A DNA stretch of 64,000 nt, from positions 517,059 through 581,058 of the forward strand of contig OY969472.1 of NCBI GenBank assembly GCA_963700155.1. Reading direction: 5' to 3'. Below, in pieces: positions 8,766 to 18,722 of this stretch. The position numbers and the translations under genes were made by a program. Each line of letters begins with the position of its first letter. Within the stretch, counting starts at the first letter, position 1. The notes below the pieces were generated by a model. It was not told the DNA's origin and did not search any database. It saw only the letters and a list, made by a program, of their open reading frames with translations. This stretch comes from an uncultured bacterium. Its GTDB lineage: Bacteria; Patescibacteriota; Dojkabacteria; J137.

Positions 8766-9641
8766 ATGAACTTAATAACCAGAGATAAAAAATTCATGAA
8801 TACAACAATCACCTTTAAAGTTGTTAAAGGTGATGTAACAACTGTAAAAACCCTAGATTCAATTGAAGCGGCTTTTGGTGAATTTGACAGAATTGTAAAA
8901 CAATATACAAGGTTTGATGAAAACTCTGAACTTTCAAATTTAAATAGAAATAGTGGTAAATGGGTCAAAGTTTCAAGCGAGTTTTTTTGGCTCATAGAAT
9001 ATATGCTTAAACTTGCCAAAAAAACTCGCGGTGCATTCGACCCAACAGTAATAGATTTTCTTGAAGTCTATGGCTATGATAAAAACTATGACTTCTCAAA
9101 ACTTAATAATCCAGAACTTGATAAATTAGTTGAAAAAATCAGTAAAACAAGAAAGTCATGGAAAGATGTTGAATTGAAGAAAAAGAGTAGCGAAGTAAAA
9201 TTGGCAAAGGTCCAAAAAATTGACTTAGGTGGAGTAGGTAAAGGATATGCAATAGATTGTGCTTTTGAAAAATTAAAACAAGTTTCAGATAATTTTCTTA
9301 TTGATGCTGGTGGAGATGTTAGAGCATCTGGCACTAATGAGAAGGGTGAATTATGGAAGGTTGGAATGAAAGATAGAGCAGGAGAAATTGAAGAATTAAT
9401 CGGATATATCGAGCTTAATAATGAAGCCCTCGCATGCTCTGGATCATGGTCTAGAAGAGTGAAACAGTTCCACCATCTTATAAACCCAGCGACTGGAGTT
9501 CCTCAAAATTATTATCGGACAGTTTTTGTTCAAGCTCCTGATGGAATTACTTCAGATTCATGGGCAACTGCAGTTTTTGTTTCGGGAGAAAATGACTTAA
9601 AAATTCCTGAAAATATGAAGATATTCAAAATAACTAATTGA
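8766..9641 (+). CDS. apbE: FAD:protein FMN transferase ApbE
   Basis: SELSNLN, GAFDPTV, DLGGVGKGYAID, ACSGS, HHLINPATG. Confidence 0.8.
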   Translation: MNLITRDKKFMNTTITFKVVKGDVTTVKTLDSIEAAFGEFDRIVKQYTRFDENSELSNLNRNSGKWVKVSSEFFWLIEYMLKLAKKTRGAFDPTVIDFLEVYGYDKNYDFSKLNNPELDKLVEKISKTRKSWKDVELKKKSSEVKLAKVQKIDLGGVGKGYAIDCAFEKLKQVSDNFLIDAGGDVRASGTNEKGELWKVGMKDRAGEIEELIGYIELNNEALACSGSWSRRVKQFHHLINPATGVPQNYYRTVFVQAPDGITSDSWATAVFVSGENDLKIPENMKIFKITN

Positions 9642-10338
9642 ATCCTTTTTGGAAGTACAAACTATTTAATCTATAACCGCTCTTAAAAACAGTTTCTATA
9701 AAATAACTCTCACTAGATTCACCTAATTTCTTTCTTAACCTGCTAATCAAAGTATCAACTGCACCATAAGAAACATCACTGTTGTTATAAAAAACTTTAC
9801 TTAAAATCTCATCCCTTGAATAAAGTCTTCCATTCGATTTTAAAAATAACAAAAGTAAATTGAATTCTAATTTCGTAAGATCTATCTGCAAGTCTTTTCT
9901 AAATACAACTTTTGAACACATATCAACTTTGAAATCTCCAACTTCAAATACTTCATTAAAGACTATATTTCTTGTTAGGGCTTTAATTTGAGCTTCGAGA
10001 AGTTTTAACTCAATTGGCTTTTTATGGAAAAGATTTGTTCCACACTCATAACTTTCAATTTCATATTCTAAACTATAATTTTCTGCTGTCATAATTGTTG
10101 GAGTTTCTATTCCTATATTTCTTATTCGTTGAAGTAAAGATAGGCCAGTTCCCTTATCAAGATCCATATCAATGATTATTAAGTCGAATTTTTCTCTATC
10201 AAGAATTCTTAGAGTATCAAGAGCTGAATATCTAACATCAACTTTGAAGTTTTTAAGATTTAAGAATTTCTTAAGCAGAAAAACTAATTTAATATCATCA
10301 TCTATTATTAAAATCTTTGCATTTTTTATTGATTTCAT
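9634..10338 (-). CDS. OmpR-family response regulator (receiver plus winged-helix); no adjacent histidine kinase
   Basis: ILIIDDD, DLIIIDMDL, C-terminal trans_reg_C-like ..VDTLISRLRKKL..ETVFKSGYRL. Confidence 0.8.
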   Translation of the reverse strand: MKSIKNAKILIIDDDIKLVFLLKKFLNLKNFKVDVRYSALDTLRILDREKFDLIIIDMDLDKGTGLSLLQRIRNIGIETPTIMTAENYSLEYEIESYECGTNLFHKKPIELKLLEAQIKALTRNIVFNEVFEVGDFKVDMCSKVVFRKDLQIDLTKLEFNLLLLFLKSNGRLYSRDEILSKVFYNNSDVSYGAVDTLISRLRKKLGESSESYFIETVFKSGYRLNSLYFQKGFN

Positions 10339-10404
10339 GCTTTGGATATTATCAAAGCAAAAAACCTTAAAACAATGTACTGCAATACAAAAATTATGAA
10401 ATAT

Positions 10405-10983
10405 TTATCTGATTATATAATTTTTAATAAAATCCAGAAATTTACCGTAATTTGTATAGATAAGATAAAGATTTGAGAATAAGAGAAGAGGAAAAACAAA
10501 AGAAGTTTCAACTAGTTTTCCAGTAGTTATTCTTAAGCTTTTTAATGGGGGAATTCCGAACCTATATGGGATTGGAAACAGCCAAGGTACACCTTCTTTA
10601 GTAAAAGTATCTAAGACTAAATGCGAAATTAAACCAAACATAAAAGCATTCCAAACTATATTTATGTCCACCAATAAGAATGTTCGCATATATTCTAAAA
10701 TAAACTGTGCCAAGATGCCAAAAATTGCTAATCCTAAAATAGAATGCGAAATAGATCTATGAGCTCCAAAAAATGGATGGAGAATCTTCCCTATTAAAGT
10801 ACCTGCTGGTAACTTTCTCCATAGTTTTCCTGTCGGCTGATCCAAATCCGGAGCAATTCCACCAATCATAGAAGCACCAATTGCAGTAAAAACCGTAGCA
10901 ACACTTACTGTCGGTAAAGGTTGAGTTGCAATAACAAATGTTAGTGTTGTTAATGCTGCTAAATCGTGAGTTCTTCCTGTCAT
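10405..10983 (-). CDS. membrane-bound metal-dependent hydrolase (YdjM/DUF457-like)
   Basis: N-terminal MTGRTHD, multiple TM segments, conserved H and D residues (SHSILG, SHLVLD). Confidence 0.55.
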   Translation of the reverse strand: MTGRTHDLAALTTLTFVIATQPLPTVSVATVFTAIGASMIGGIAPDLDQPTGKLWRKLPAGTLIGKILHPFFGAHRSISHSILGLAIFGILAQFILEYMRTFLLVDINIVWNAFMFGLISHLVLDTFTKEGVPWLFPIPYRFGIPPLKSLRITTGKLVETSFVFPLLLFSNLYLIYTNYGKFLDFIKNYIIR

Positions 10984-11513
10984 GAATTTATTTTATCATT
11001 TTCAACTTTTTCATTAATCTTTTTCATTCTATGTCTTATGAAAGGATTTATTGTTGATATGAATATTATTTCAATAATCAATGCCGAAACTGGTACAAGA
11101 ATGATTACAGAAGATTCAATTACTGATAATCTCATATAGATTACTAGGCCTATTACAGCTGTTATAAGCACGGCCCTTCTTATTGAATTATAAAGAGATG
11201 GTGCATCATAATAACTTTTAAAAAACAACTTATCTAAAAACAAATGAAGGGCCGTGCAAAAACTTAAGATTGCTGCAAGAAATACTCCAAATGCAAGGTA
11301 TGTAACGTTCGTTAAATACTGAAATATCAAACCTTTATCAACTATTCCTCTAATAACTTCATTTAGCTTATCCCAATCTCCGGGATTTATGGCATTAGAA
11401 GTAATAAGTTCGTTAATTTTATTCGCATCGAATGGCGAAAATTCTTTTAGAATATATATTAATATTAAGGTAAAGAATCCTCCTAAAATTGTAAAAATCA
11501 AAGCATTTTTCAT
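10980..11513 (-). CDS. hypothetical multi-pass membrane protein
   Basis: 177-aa hydrophobic ORF with a 4-nt overlap onto the downstream gene. Confidence 0.5.
   Translation of the reverse strand: MKNALIFTILGGFFTLILIYILKEFSPFDANKINELITSNAINPGDWDKLNEVIRGIVDKGLIFQYLTNVTYLAFGVFLAAILSFCTALHLFLDKLFFKSYYDAPSLYNSIRRAVLITAVIGLVIYMRLSVIESSVIILVPVSALIIEIIFISTINPFIRHRMKKINEKVENDKINS
11168..11257. repeat. 12-bp inverted repeat, 66-nt spacer, inside the membrane-protein gene
   Basis: GCACGGCCCTTC (11168-11179) / GAAGGGCCGTGC (11246-11257). Confidence 0.9.
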
Positions 11514-11607
11514 TATCTGTTATATGAAATGATATACTTAATTGCGATAAAAGGTTTATTTAAAACTAGCAATATTATACATTTTAATAACGATTACATC
11601 TTAAAAT

Positions 11608-12234
11608 ATGGGAGAAAATCTTGGCTGTACATCAATTGGTATTAGAGGGTTAGGGTGTATTATTATGCTTCTTTTTTTAGGATGCTGTTTTTTAACTTTA
11701 TATGTAATTATTAATAAACCAGTCACGTTATGGAATCCAGCTGTTGATATTTTAAACAATGGTTTTGTATATCCAAATTATCAAAAACAACTTTCTACTA
11801 CAATAGAGAGTGAGATTATTTCACAAATTAAAACCGTAGGTGAAAATGATGTATATATTTCAAATGATCAATTAACTTATCTTTTACAAGAAAAGTTGCC
11901 TCAATTTAACGATTTGGTATTTAAATCAGAAGATGGAGTTTTGAAAGCCTATTGGAAATTAGATCAAGGAGAGAAGCCTATTTTCGGAGAAGCAGACATT
12001 CAAGTCTTTGATAAAAATAACTTAGTTATTACAAGATTAGGTACACCTGCAGTAAAATTTCCTAGCGTAATGTATCCTGCAATAAATAATTTATTAGCAA
12101 TTTTTCTAAATCAAGACTTGGTAAAAAAACAATTCGAAAATTTTAAATTGAATGATAATCTAAGAATTGATGAAGTTAGTTTTCTAAAAGATAGGGTATA
12201 TTTGAGTGTAAATGTAGATGTGAAAATATTTTAA
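11608..12234 (+). CDS. hypothetical membrane-anchored protein
   Basis: 208 aa with an N-terminal TM segment. No motif recognised. Confidence 0.45.
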   Translation: MGENLGCTSIGIRGLGCIIMLLFLGCCFLTLYVIINKPVTLWNPAVDILNNGFVYPNYQKQLSTTIESEIISQIKTVGENDVYISNDQLTYLLQEKLPQFNDLVFKSEDGVLKAYWKLDQGEKPIFGEADIQVFDKNNLVITRLGTPAVKFPSVMYPAINNLLAIFLNQDLVKKQFENFKLNDNLRIDEVSFLKDRVYLSVNVDVKIF

Positions 12235-12235
12235 T

Positions 12236-13159
12236 ATGATAAAAGCATTTGTTGGAAACGATACTTACGATAGTTATATAAAAGCAAAGACAGAGGCTGA
12301 AAAACTTTCGAAATTAAAAAACTCTGAAGTTAAAACTATAGAAGTTGATGAAATAAATGAAGTCAATAATTTTCTAGAGCAGATAGAAGGAATAGACATG
12401 TTTAATCAAGGTTCAGTGATTTTTGCTAAAAGATTGTTGAATAATAAAAAAATTTCTGAGTATTTAACAGATAATTTCAAATCATTAGATAACTTCGATA
12501 TTGTTATCTGGCATGATAATAAACTAGACAGCAAATTAAGAATAGCAAAAGCACTAAAGAACAATGCTTCATTATTTATTTCCGATCTACCAAGAGAGAG
12601 AGAGTTTAACTATTGGATAAATGATCAATTTAAAATTGCAGGAATAAGATTATCAAGTAATCAATTAGAGTATATTTCTGAACACCTGGATAATGATAAA
12701 TGGATAATACTAAATGAATTGGAAAAGATAAAACTTTACTTAAAATCCAAAAAACAAACCATTTTATCTGGCGGTGATTTAAAAATGCTTTTAGGTTTTA
12801 ATATAAAAGGTGACATGTGGGGGTTTCTTGATGCTGTAGGGCAGAGAAATAAGAAAAAGTCTTTAGAAGAATTTGAAAAACTGGTTTTTTATGAAGATGT
12901 ATCTCAACTTATACTCGCTATGCTATTAAGAGAATTTAAACTTTTATCACAAGTTATTTATGCTAAAGAGATGAACTTACAAACTAGTATTTTAGGGATA
13001 AATCCATACGTTTTGAAAAAAACTTTAACAAAAAGCAGATACTTTACTTTCAATGAAATAAAAAATTTTATAAAAAAACTCTTCGATTTGGATCTTGCCA
13101 TTAAAAAGGGTGATATTGATGAAAAATTAGGTTTAACTTTATTTCTTTCAACACTATAA
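12236..13159 (+). CDS. holA: DNA polymerase III delta subunit-like (HolA)
   Basis: 307 aa. General HolA-like layout (N-terminal ..FVGNDTY.., helical C-terminal domains). Weak; recognised by pattern only. Confidence 0.45.
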   Translation: MIKAFVGNDTYDSYIKAKTEAEKLSKLKNSEVKTIEVDEINEVNNFLEQIEGIDMFNQGSVIFAKRLLNNKKISEYLTDNFKSLDNFDIVIWHDNKLDSKLRIAKALKNNASLFISDLPREREFNYWINDQFKIAGIRLSSNQLEYISEHLDNDKWIILNELEKIKLYLKSKKQTILSGGDLKMLLGFNIKGDMWGFLDAVGQRNKKKSLEEFEKLVFYEDVSQLILAMLLREFKLLSQVIYAKEMNLQTSILGINPYVLKKTLTKSRYFTFNEIKNFIKKLFDLDLAIKKGDIDEKLGLTLFLSTL

Positions 13160-13201
13160 ATTTTGATTTTTTAATCATCATCTTTAATGTAAAATGTCTT
13201 T

Positions 13202-14431
13202 ATGTACAAAATTAATATGCGAAAAAAAATATTAATAAGCTTTATCTTTTTACAAGTTATTTTAATATTAGGCTCAGGTTTTGTAAGTGCTGATGATATT
13301 CAAAGCTTATCCACTCTTAATATTGACACTTCTATCACAGTAAAAGATACTACTGGTTTTGGAGATCCCACACAGATTATTGTTACTCCTGTTTTTATTA
13401 ATAATGGAACAGAAGTAAACACAGATAAATGGGTTAGAGGTATTTATTATTACACTATCGATAAATTAGGATTTCAAAACATTCCTTTTCATTATTTAAT
13501 TACAGAAGATGGTGGAGTTTTTAAAGGTAACAGCTCAGGTGATGAGAAAAAAATTAACATAGAAGGAATTGGCGATAATGCAGTTGTAGTTGGATATTTA
13601 AGTACAGATGAGGCGGGCGCTATAGCGCCCGCCTCAGAACAACCATTATCAAATCTGCTGCTAAATATAGCTAATCAAGATTCTATAAATCCTGAAAATA
13701 TATCAGCAAGTGGAATAAATTTTATTAAAGATAGTTCAAGCAATACAATAACAATTCAAAAAGCTAAAGTTGGGAGTGAGTGGAGTATAGGTATTAATAA
13801 AATTGTAAATAATATTAAAAATAAGTATTCTCCAATTACAAAAAAATATAGCGTTGAAATAACTCAGGTTACATTACCAACAAACGAAATAACACCTGGT
13901 GATGAAGCTACAGTCTCGATTAAAATAAAAAATACTGGTAAGAATGGATTTTATAGTGGTGCTAATTCTGAAATACTTTTAACAAAAGATAATGGAATTT
14001 CCAGCAACTTCTATATAAATAATACATGGCTCAGCCAAACTCAAACTGGAATAATGTCAGATGGTATATCTCTTCTCCCAGGTGAAGAAAAAGGGTTTGA
14101 TTTTAAAGTCAAAGCTCCACTGGCAACCGGAGATTATTCAGAAAACTTTATTTTGAAAACTGCAGGTGGAACTACTATAAAAAGTAACAAAAATATTGAG
14201 TTAAAAATTAAGTTAAAAAAAACTAATAAACAAATTATTGAGATAAAAACAAGCTATGATTATGTAAATGTAAGAAGCAAACCTTATGATTCAGCCCCTG
14301 TTTTAAGAAAAGTTACTGCAGGAGAAAGATATTTCCTTCTAGATCTAAATGAAGATACCCTTTGGGCAAAAATTGACTTAGGGGGTGGAGTAGAAGGTTA
14401 CCTTCCCGCTTGGGATTTGAAATATATTTAA
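13202..14431 (+). CDS. secreted cell-wall-associated protein: amidase_2/PGRP-like N-domain, Ig-like middle domain, C-terminal SH3b
   Basis: Signal/TM N-terminus. IPFHYLITEDGGVFKGN resembles amidase_2. C-terminal VNVRSKPYDSAPVLRKVTAGERYFLL..WAKI is SH3b-like. Confidence 0.5.
   Translation: MYKINMRKKILISFIFLQVILILGSGFVSADDIQSLSTLNIDTSITVKDTTGFGDPTQIIVTPVFINNGTEVNTDKWVRGIYYYTIDKLGFQNIPFHYLITEDGGVFKGNSSGDEKKINIEGIGDNAVVVGYLSTDEAGAIAPASEQPLSNLLLNIANQDSINPENISASGINFIKDSSSNTITIQKAKVGSEWSIGINKIVNNIKNKYSPITKKYSVEITQVTLPTNEITPGDEATVSIKIKNTGKNGFYSGANSEILLTKDNGISSNFYINNTWLSQTQTGIMSDGISLLPGEEKGFDFKVKAPLATGDYSENFILKTAGGTTIKSNKNIELKIKLKKTNKQIIEIKTSYDYVNVRSKPYDSAPVLRKVTAGERYFLLDLNEDTLWAKIDLGGGVEGYLPAWDLKYI
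13609..13636. repeat. 28-bp perfect GC-rich palindrome inside the amidase-like/SH3b gene
   Basis: TGAGGCGGGCGCTATAGCGCCCGCCTCA. Encodes ..DEAGAIAPASE.. Confidence 0.95.
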
Positions 14432-14442
14432 TAAAATTCTAA

Positions 14443-15930
14443 ATGCCAAAGGTAAAAATAATACTAATTATTGTTTTTGTGCTTTCTTTTTTTGTTAGTT
14501 TATTGCTTTTTCTAAAGTTTAATACTGTTGGATTTGAACAATCATTTAGGGCATATTTGGCATGGTATAACCCGACTGATGATAATTTAAAAAATTTCTA
14601 TGATATTTCGACTAGTCAAAATTTTTTATCTTCATTAAATTTTGAAAATCAGACTTTTAAAAACGGGACTGAATTGTTTGATTTCTTAAGGAATGAACAA
14701 AAGACAAACAATTCAGTCCCCGCAGTAGCTAAAGATAATCGAGACAGCAAAGTTCCAATTCAATTTGATGAAGAGAATATTGACGATACAAACCTTCCTC
14801 AGAAAATTACTTATGTATCACCTGGAGTTCTTGGATACTATGTATATAATTATGATCTAGTAAGATTCTCTCCTGATAAAAATACTCTTGAAAGCAAATA
14901 TTTAAATTTAAAAGAGAGTACTATTGATCCTATTTCAAAAAAGAATGTTACTGGTACAAAAGATTTAAAAACAGCAAAGACAGAAGTTAATAGTTATTTT
15001 AATAAACTTATAACTGATGTTGGCAATACAAACACATATGATGGCTTAACAAAAGAGAGTTTTAAAAAACTTGAAAACCACGAGGTTCTTGAAAATATTT
15101 CAGTTAATTCAATAAATTTTGTTGAAAAGAACTTTAAAGAAACTGAATTAAAAGATAACAAATTAATTATTGGAACGATAAATATTCACTTAGAAAACTG
15201 TTTTAAAGATTTTTCAGAAGATTTGAGTTTTTCTATCAATACCGGTGACATTCAAATTAATGACTTAAATGATTTTGTAAGTAACTTATGTAAAAAGCAA
15301 TTCGTTAAAGTTAATGGGGTAATTACCGGAACTTGTACTGATTGTACTTATTATCCAGCTGATAAATGGCATGCTTTAAGATCTGACTATACTCCCAAAA
15401 CTCAATTGATTGATTTCGCTCCGGGAGGACAATATATTAATACACAAGCATATAACGACTTTAAAGATTTATACAACGCAGCAAAAGCAGATGGAATATA
15501 TATTTATGTAACTTCAGGCTATCGTTCTTACAATACTCAAGTTGCGACATATCAAGGCTGGGTAAACACTGAACTTGCTGCTGGTTATTCTTTGTCTGAG
15601 GCAGAAGCTATTGCTAATACTTATTCAGCTCTTCCTGGGTACTCAGAGCACCAGCTTGGAACAGCGTTAGATTTAAATGGAGCAGGATGTGAAATTTCTG
15701 ATGGATATTGTTCAACAAACGAAACAATCTGGAACTGGCTTGCGGAAAATGCTTATAAATATGGGTTTGCACAATCATACCCTGAAGGAAAAGAGTCAAT
15801 TACAGGATATACCACCGAAAGGTGGCATTACAGGTGGATTGGGAAAGACTTAGCTGAAGAATATAAAAAAGCTGGAGGAGGAACAAAAATTACTTTAAAT
15901 GTATTTTTATTGAATAAAGGATTATATTAA
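14443..15930 (+). CDS. D-alanyl-D-alanine carboxypeptidase, peptidase M15B (VanY-like), membrane-anchored
   Basis: N-terminal TM. C-terminal SGYRSYNTQ, GYSEHQLGTALDL, ERWHYRW zinc-site motifs. Confidence 0.8.
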   Translation: MPKVKIILIIVFVLSFFVSLLLFLKFNTVGFEQSFRAYLAWYNPTDDNLKNFYDISTSQNFLSSLNFENQTFKNGTELFDFLRNEQKTNNSVPAVAKDNRDSKVPIQFDEENIDDTNLPQKITYVSPGVLGYYVYNYDLVRFSPDKNTLESKYLNLKESTIDPISKKNVTGTKDLKTAKTEVNSYFNKLITDVGNTNTYDGLTKESFKKLENHEVLENISVNSINFVEKNFKETELKDNKLIIGTINIHLENCFKDFSEDLSFSINTGDIQINDLNDFVSNLCKKQFVKVNGVITGTCTDCTYYPADKWHALRSDYTPKTQLIDFAPGGQYINTQAYNDFKDLYNAAKADGIYIYVTSGYRSYNTQVATYQGWVNTELAAGYSLSEAEAIANTYSALPGYSEHQLGTALDLNGAGCEISDGYCSTNETIWNWLAENAYKYGFAQSYPEGKESITGYTTERWHYRWIGKDLAEEYKKAGGGTKITLNVFLLNKGLY

Positions 15931-16388
15931 ATTTCGGATTGAACTCTTTGTTTTGCAATTCCAATTATTGCTTTATATGCAAGATAATGTACTGTACCAT
16001 CGTCTAGTAAAACCCCAGCTTCAATTAATTCTTTTATTTCATCATCAGTTATTTGAATACTTTTTGGACTTAGAGCAATAGCTTCAAGTTTTGAATAGAG
16101 ATCTTTATTATTTGCATTCAACATTAATATATCAGCCTCAAGAGATATCTGTGTTTCATTTAAAGCCGCTTGTACTAAATTCCTTGCTTTAGTTGTAAGT
16201 ATAAAAATACCAAGCTTTTCTTGGAGAAAACCAAAAGAAACTAATTTCTCTCCTAATTCTTTTTCTATATGAACAGGTGATTCTGGTAGCCGTCTTGAAG
16301 CTCTTATTACCAACTTATAAACATCTGGAAATTCATCTTCTAAAGATTCAAAAATTGCCAATATACTTTTTTCACGATAATTATCCAT
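15927..16388 (-). CDS. hypothetical protein; paralog of the upstream 88-aa ORF
   Basis: EFPDVYKLVIR / LVSFGFLQEKLGIFILTTKA match ETPEVYRILVR / LERLGVIVLNNGIYELTEGA of ORF 16399-16665. Confidence 0.5.
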   Translation of the reverse strand: MDNYREKSILAIFESLEDEFPDVYKLVIRASRRLPESPVHIEKELGEKLVSFGFLQEKLGIFILTTKARNLVQAALNETQISLEADILMLNANNKDLYSKLEAIALSPKSIQITDDEIKELIEAGVLLDDGTVHYLAYKAIIGIAKQRVQSEI

Positions 16389-16398
16389 AAATTTTAAA

Positions 16399-16665
16399 CT
16401 AAGATTCCCTTTGATTAATTTTTATACTCTGTAAAGCACCTTCAGTTAATTCGTAAATGCCATTATTCAAAACTATTACTCCTAATCTTTCCAATCTAGA
16501 TTTTAGTTCTTCAGAAAAACTATTTATAATACGGGCTCTAACTTCCTCTGATTGATAGTAACATCGAACCAGTATTCTATAAACTTCAGGAGTTTCTTCG
16601 TAAATATTCTTTAAATGTGTTGAGGTTATAAAATTTCCGATAGCTTCAAAGTACATATCTATCAT
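16399..16665 (-). CDS. hypothetical small protein; paralog of the 153-aa ORF
   Basis: 88 aa. Shares motifs with ORF 15927-16388. Lies downstream of the two FemAB genes on the same strand. Confidence 0.5.
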   Translation of the reverse strand: MIDMYFEAIGNFITSTHLKNIYEETPEVYRILVRCYYQSEEVRARIINSFSEELKSRLERLGVIVLNNGIYELTEGALQSIKINQRES

Positions 16666-16670
16666 CTTAA

Positions 16671-17582
16671 TTATCTAAAAATTAAGACTTGTCTAGCTCT
16701 AGCAGCAATTTGAAAGAGTTTATACCAAAAAGGTTCAATGATAAAATCGACTGTTTCTGCATAATTAATAACTCTCCCTCCAAAGCCAACTTTAAATCTT
16801 GAAAATCCATCATAAATTATCTCTCCACTTTCTGATTTACCAACTGATTTAATTCCCCATAAATCTAAACTTTTAAATCCATTTTGTTTTCCCCATTGGA
16901 TAATTTCCCAAACTAATGCATATGGAGCCATAACATTTTTAAATTCATCACTTGAACCTCCATATGGATAATAAATTACTTCTTCATATAAAAATAATAA
17001 CCAGGAGGCTAGTGGTTTTCCTTGAAAATATGCTGTAGCGATTGTTACAATTTTATCCGATTTTAAAGAATTCCATACTGTAGTTATATATTCTTTGCTT
17101 CGTCCATGGTAACCTTGACGAATAACAGTTGCTTCATAAAGTTTTAGGAATTCAGCAAAAGCATCTTCAGAGTCTGATATTTTAACTTCAACTCCTTTTT
17201 TGTGTGCTAAATTTAAGTTGTATCTATGCTTTTGCTTCATAGAGGCTAATAATTCTTCATCACTTATTGTTAAATTAATAGCTGTATTTTCTTGAAGATG
17301 AACTGGAATTCCTGATTTAAATTGATATTGAGAGGGAAGAGTTGCATTTTCAGAAATTAAATTTTCTGGGTCAATTGTTACATAAACACACTTAGCTTCT
17401 TTAGCTTTTCTATGCAGCTCTTCCCAATTTATCTTTGTTAAATCCGGACGTGGCATATATCCAACTGTTTTACCTATCAATGGTAGAGTAGTTGTTTGAA
17501 AAAAGTAACCTCCTACATCATAAACTTGATTTCCAAGACTCCTTTTACATTCCTTCCAGTATTTTGATTGTAAAAAATGCAT
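16671..17582 (-). CDS. FemAB-family peptidoglycan interpeptide-bridge aminoacyltransferase (FemX-like)
   Basis: MHFLQSKYWKECK.., YPYGGSSDEF, FSRFKVGFGG. Family-typical length. Confidence 0.8.
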   Translation of the reverse strand: MHFLQSKYWKECKRSLGNQVYDVGGYFFQTTTLPLIGKTVGYMPRPDLTKINWEELHRKAKEAKCVYVTIDPENLISENATLPSQYQFKSGIPVHLQENTAINLTISDEELLASMKQKHRYNLNLAHKKGVEVKISDSEDAFAEFLKLYEATVIRQGYHGRSKEYITTVWNSLKSDKIVTIATAYFQGKPLASWLLFLYEEVIYYPYGGSSDEFKNVMAPYALVWEIIQWGKQNGFKSLDLWGIKSVGKSESGEIIYDGFSRFKVGFGGRVINYAETVDFIIEPFWYKLFQIAARARQVLIFR

Positions 17583-17583
17583 A

Positions 17584-18666
17584 TTAATATCTATCCTTTC
17601 TATAACTCCAGAAATCTATAGCTCTATGTAGTAAATATCTTAAATTATCATTATAAATTTCCATTGGACCAACATAATTAATTTCCTTTCCACCAAAACT
17701 TCTCTTGAATTCAGAAACCCCATTCATAGGATTTTTTGCCTTCTTGTTTTCAGGTAAAGATTTAGGCAGAATTCCCCACATATTATATTTTCTGAAACCT
17801 TTTTCTTTAGCATATTTCATTATCTCCCACTGTAAAAAATATGGAGAGCGGAGCTTTGACATAGTTCTATCAGATGTAGAAGCTCCATGAGTATAATAAG
17901 CTGTTTCATTATAGTAATTAATCAAAGCTCCGCTAATATATTTGGCTCTATATCTTGCTAAGAATATATCCGTCATTCCTTTAGGATTCAATGCATCAAA
18001 CTGCTTTTTGAAATATTCAAAATCATAGTTTCCAAAACCTTTTCTTTGAGTAGTTTCATTCATCAAATCTGAAAAGGCTTTAACTTCTTCAATTGTAGTA
18101 GCTTTTACTAATTCTAGTTCACTTCTTGATGACCGATTTATATTATATCTGGTCGAATCGCTCATTTTCGAGCGCAACTCATCCTCATTTTGATCTAAAT
18201 CTAACTCCCAGACATCTTTAGCTTGAGCAGGGGCGAGGGATGTTTTAAAGCCTAAATTCTTTAAATTTTCACTATATTTTTTAGGGAGCAGTGGATCAAA
18301 TCTGAAAAGAGTAAGGAAATTTTGGAATATATAATCCTGCATAAAGTTTTTTAACTGTGTAAAAAAATCTGCAAATTCTTGTTCATTCATAGGATCACCA
18401 ACTATAACTGGTCCATATGGAACATAAGCATATTTTATAAATTTCCTTCTGTAAATTTCTATATATAAAATTCCTATTTCATATTCTCTGTCGCCAACTT
18501 CAAGGATAATAAAATATTGATCAATTTCTTTTCCTAATGATTTTTGAAAATCGATCCAATTAATTGAAGAAAGAAATGAAGAATTTTCTGCTTCTAAATT
18601 TATTTTTTCCCATATTTGTTTTTTATCTTCACTATATTTTTCAAATTTTAGTAGCACAGAAATCAA
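17584..18666 (-). CDS. FemAB-family aminoacyltransferase (second copy)
   Basis: SINWIDFQKSLGK, YYTHGASTS, VSEFKRSFGG. TTG start in the ORF track; the exact start is uncertain. Confidence 0.75.
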   Translation of the reverse strand: MISVLLKFEKYSEDKKQIWEKINLEAENSSFLSSINWIDFQKSLGKEIDQYFIILEVGDREYEIGILYIEIYRRKFIKYAYVPYGPVIVGDPMNEQEFADFFTQLKNFMQDYIFQNFLTLFRFDPLLPKKYSENLKNLGFKTSLAPAQAKDVWELDLDQNEDELRSKMSDSTRYNINRSSRSELELVKATTIEEVKAFSDLMNETTQRKGFGNYDFEYFKKQFDALNPKGMTDIFLARYRAKYISGALINYYNETAYYTHGASTSDRTMSKLRSPYFLQWEIMKYAKEKGFRKYNMWGILPKSLPENKKAKNPMNGVSEFKRSFGGKEINYVGPMEIYNDNLRYLLHRAIDFWSYRKDRY

Positions 18667-18722
18667 AATTTTAAAAATAAGTATAGAAAGATTTTACACC
18701 ATAGCAGAATTAATCAAAAATT

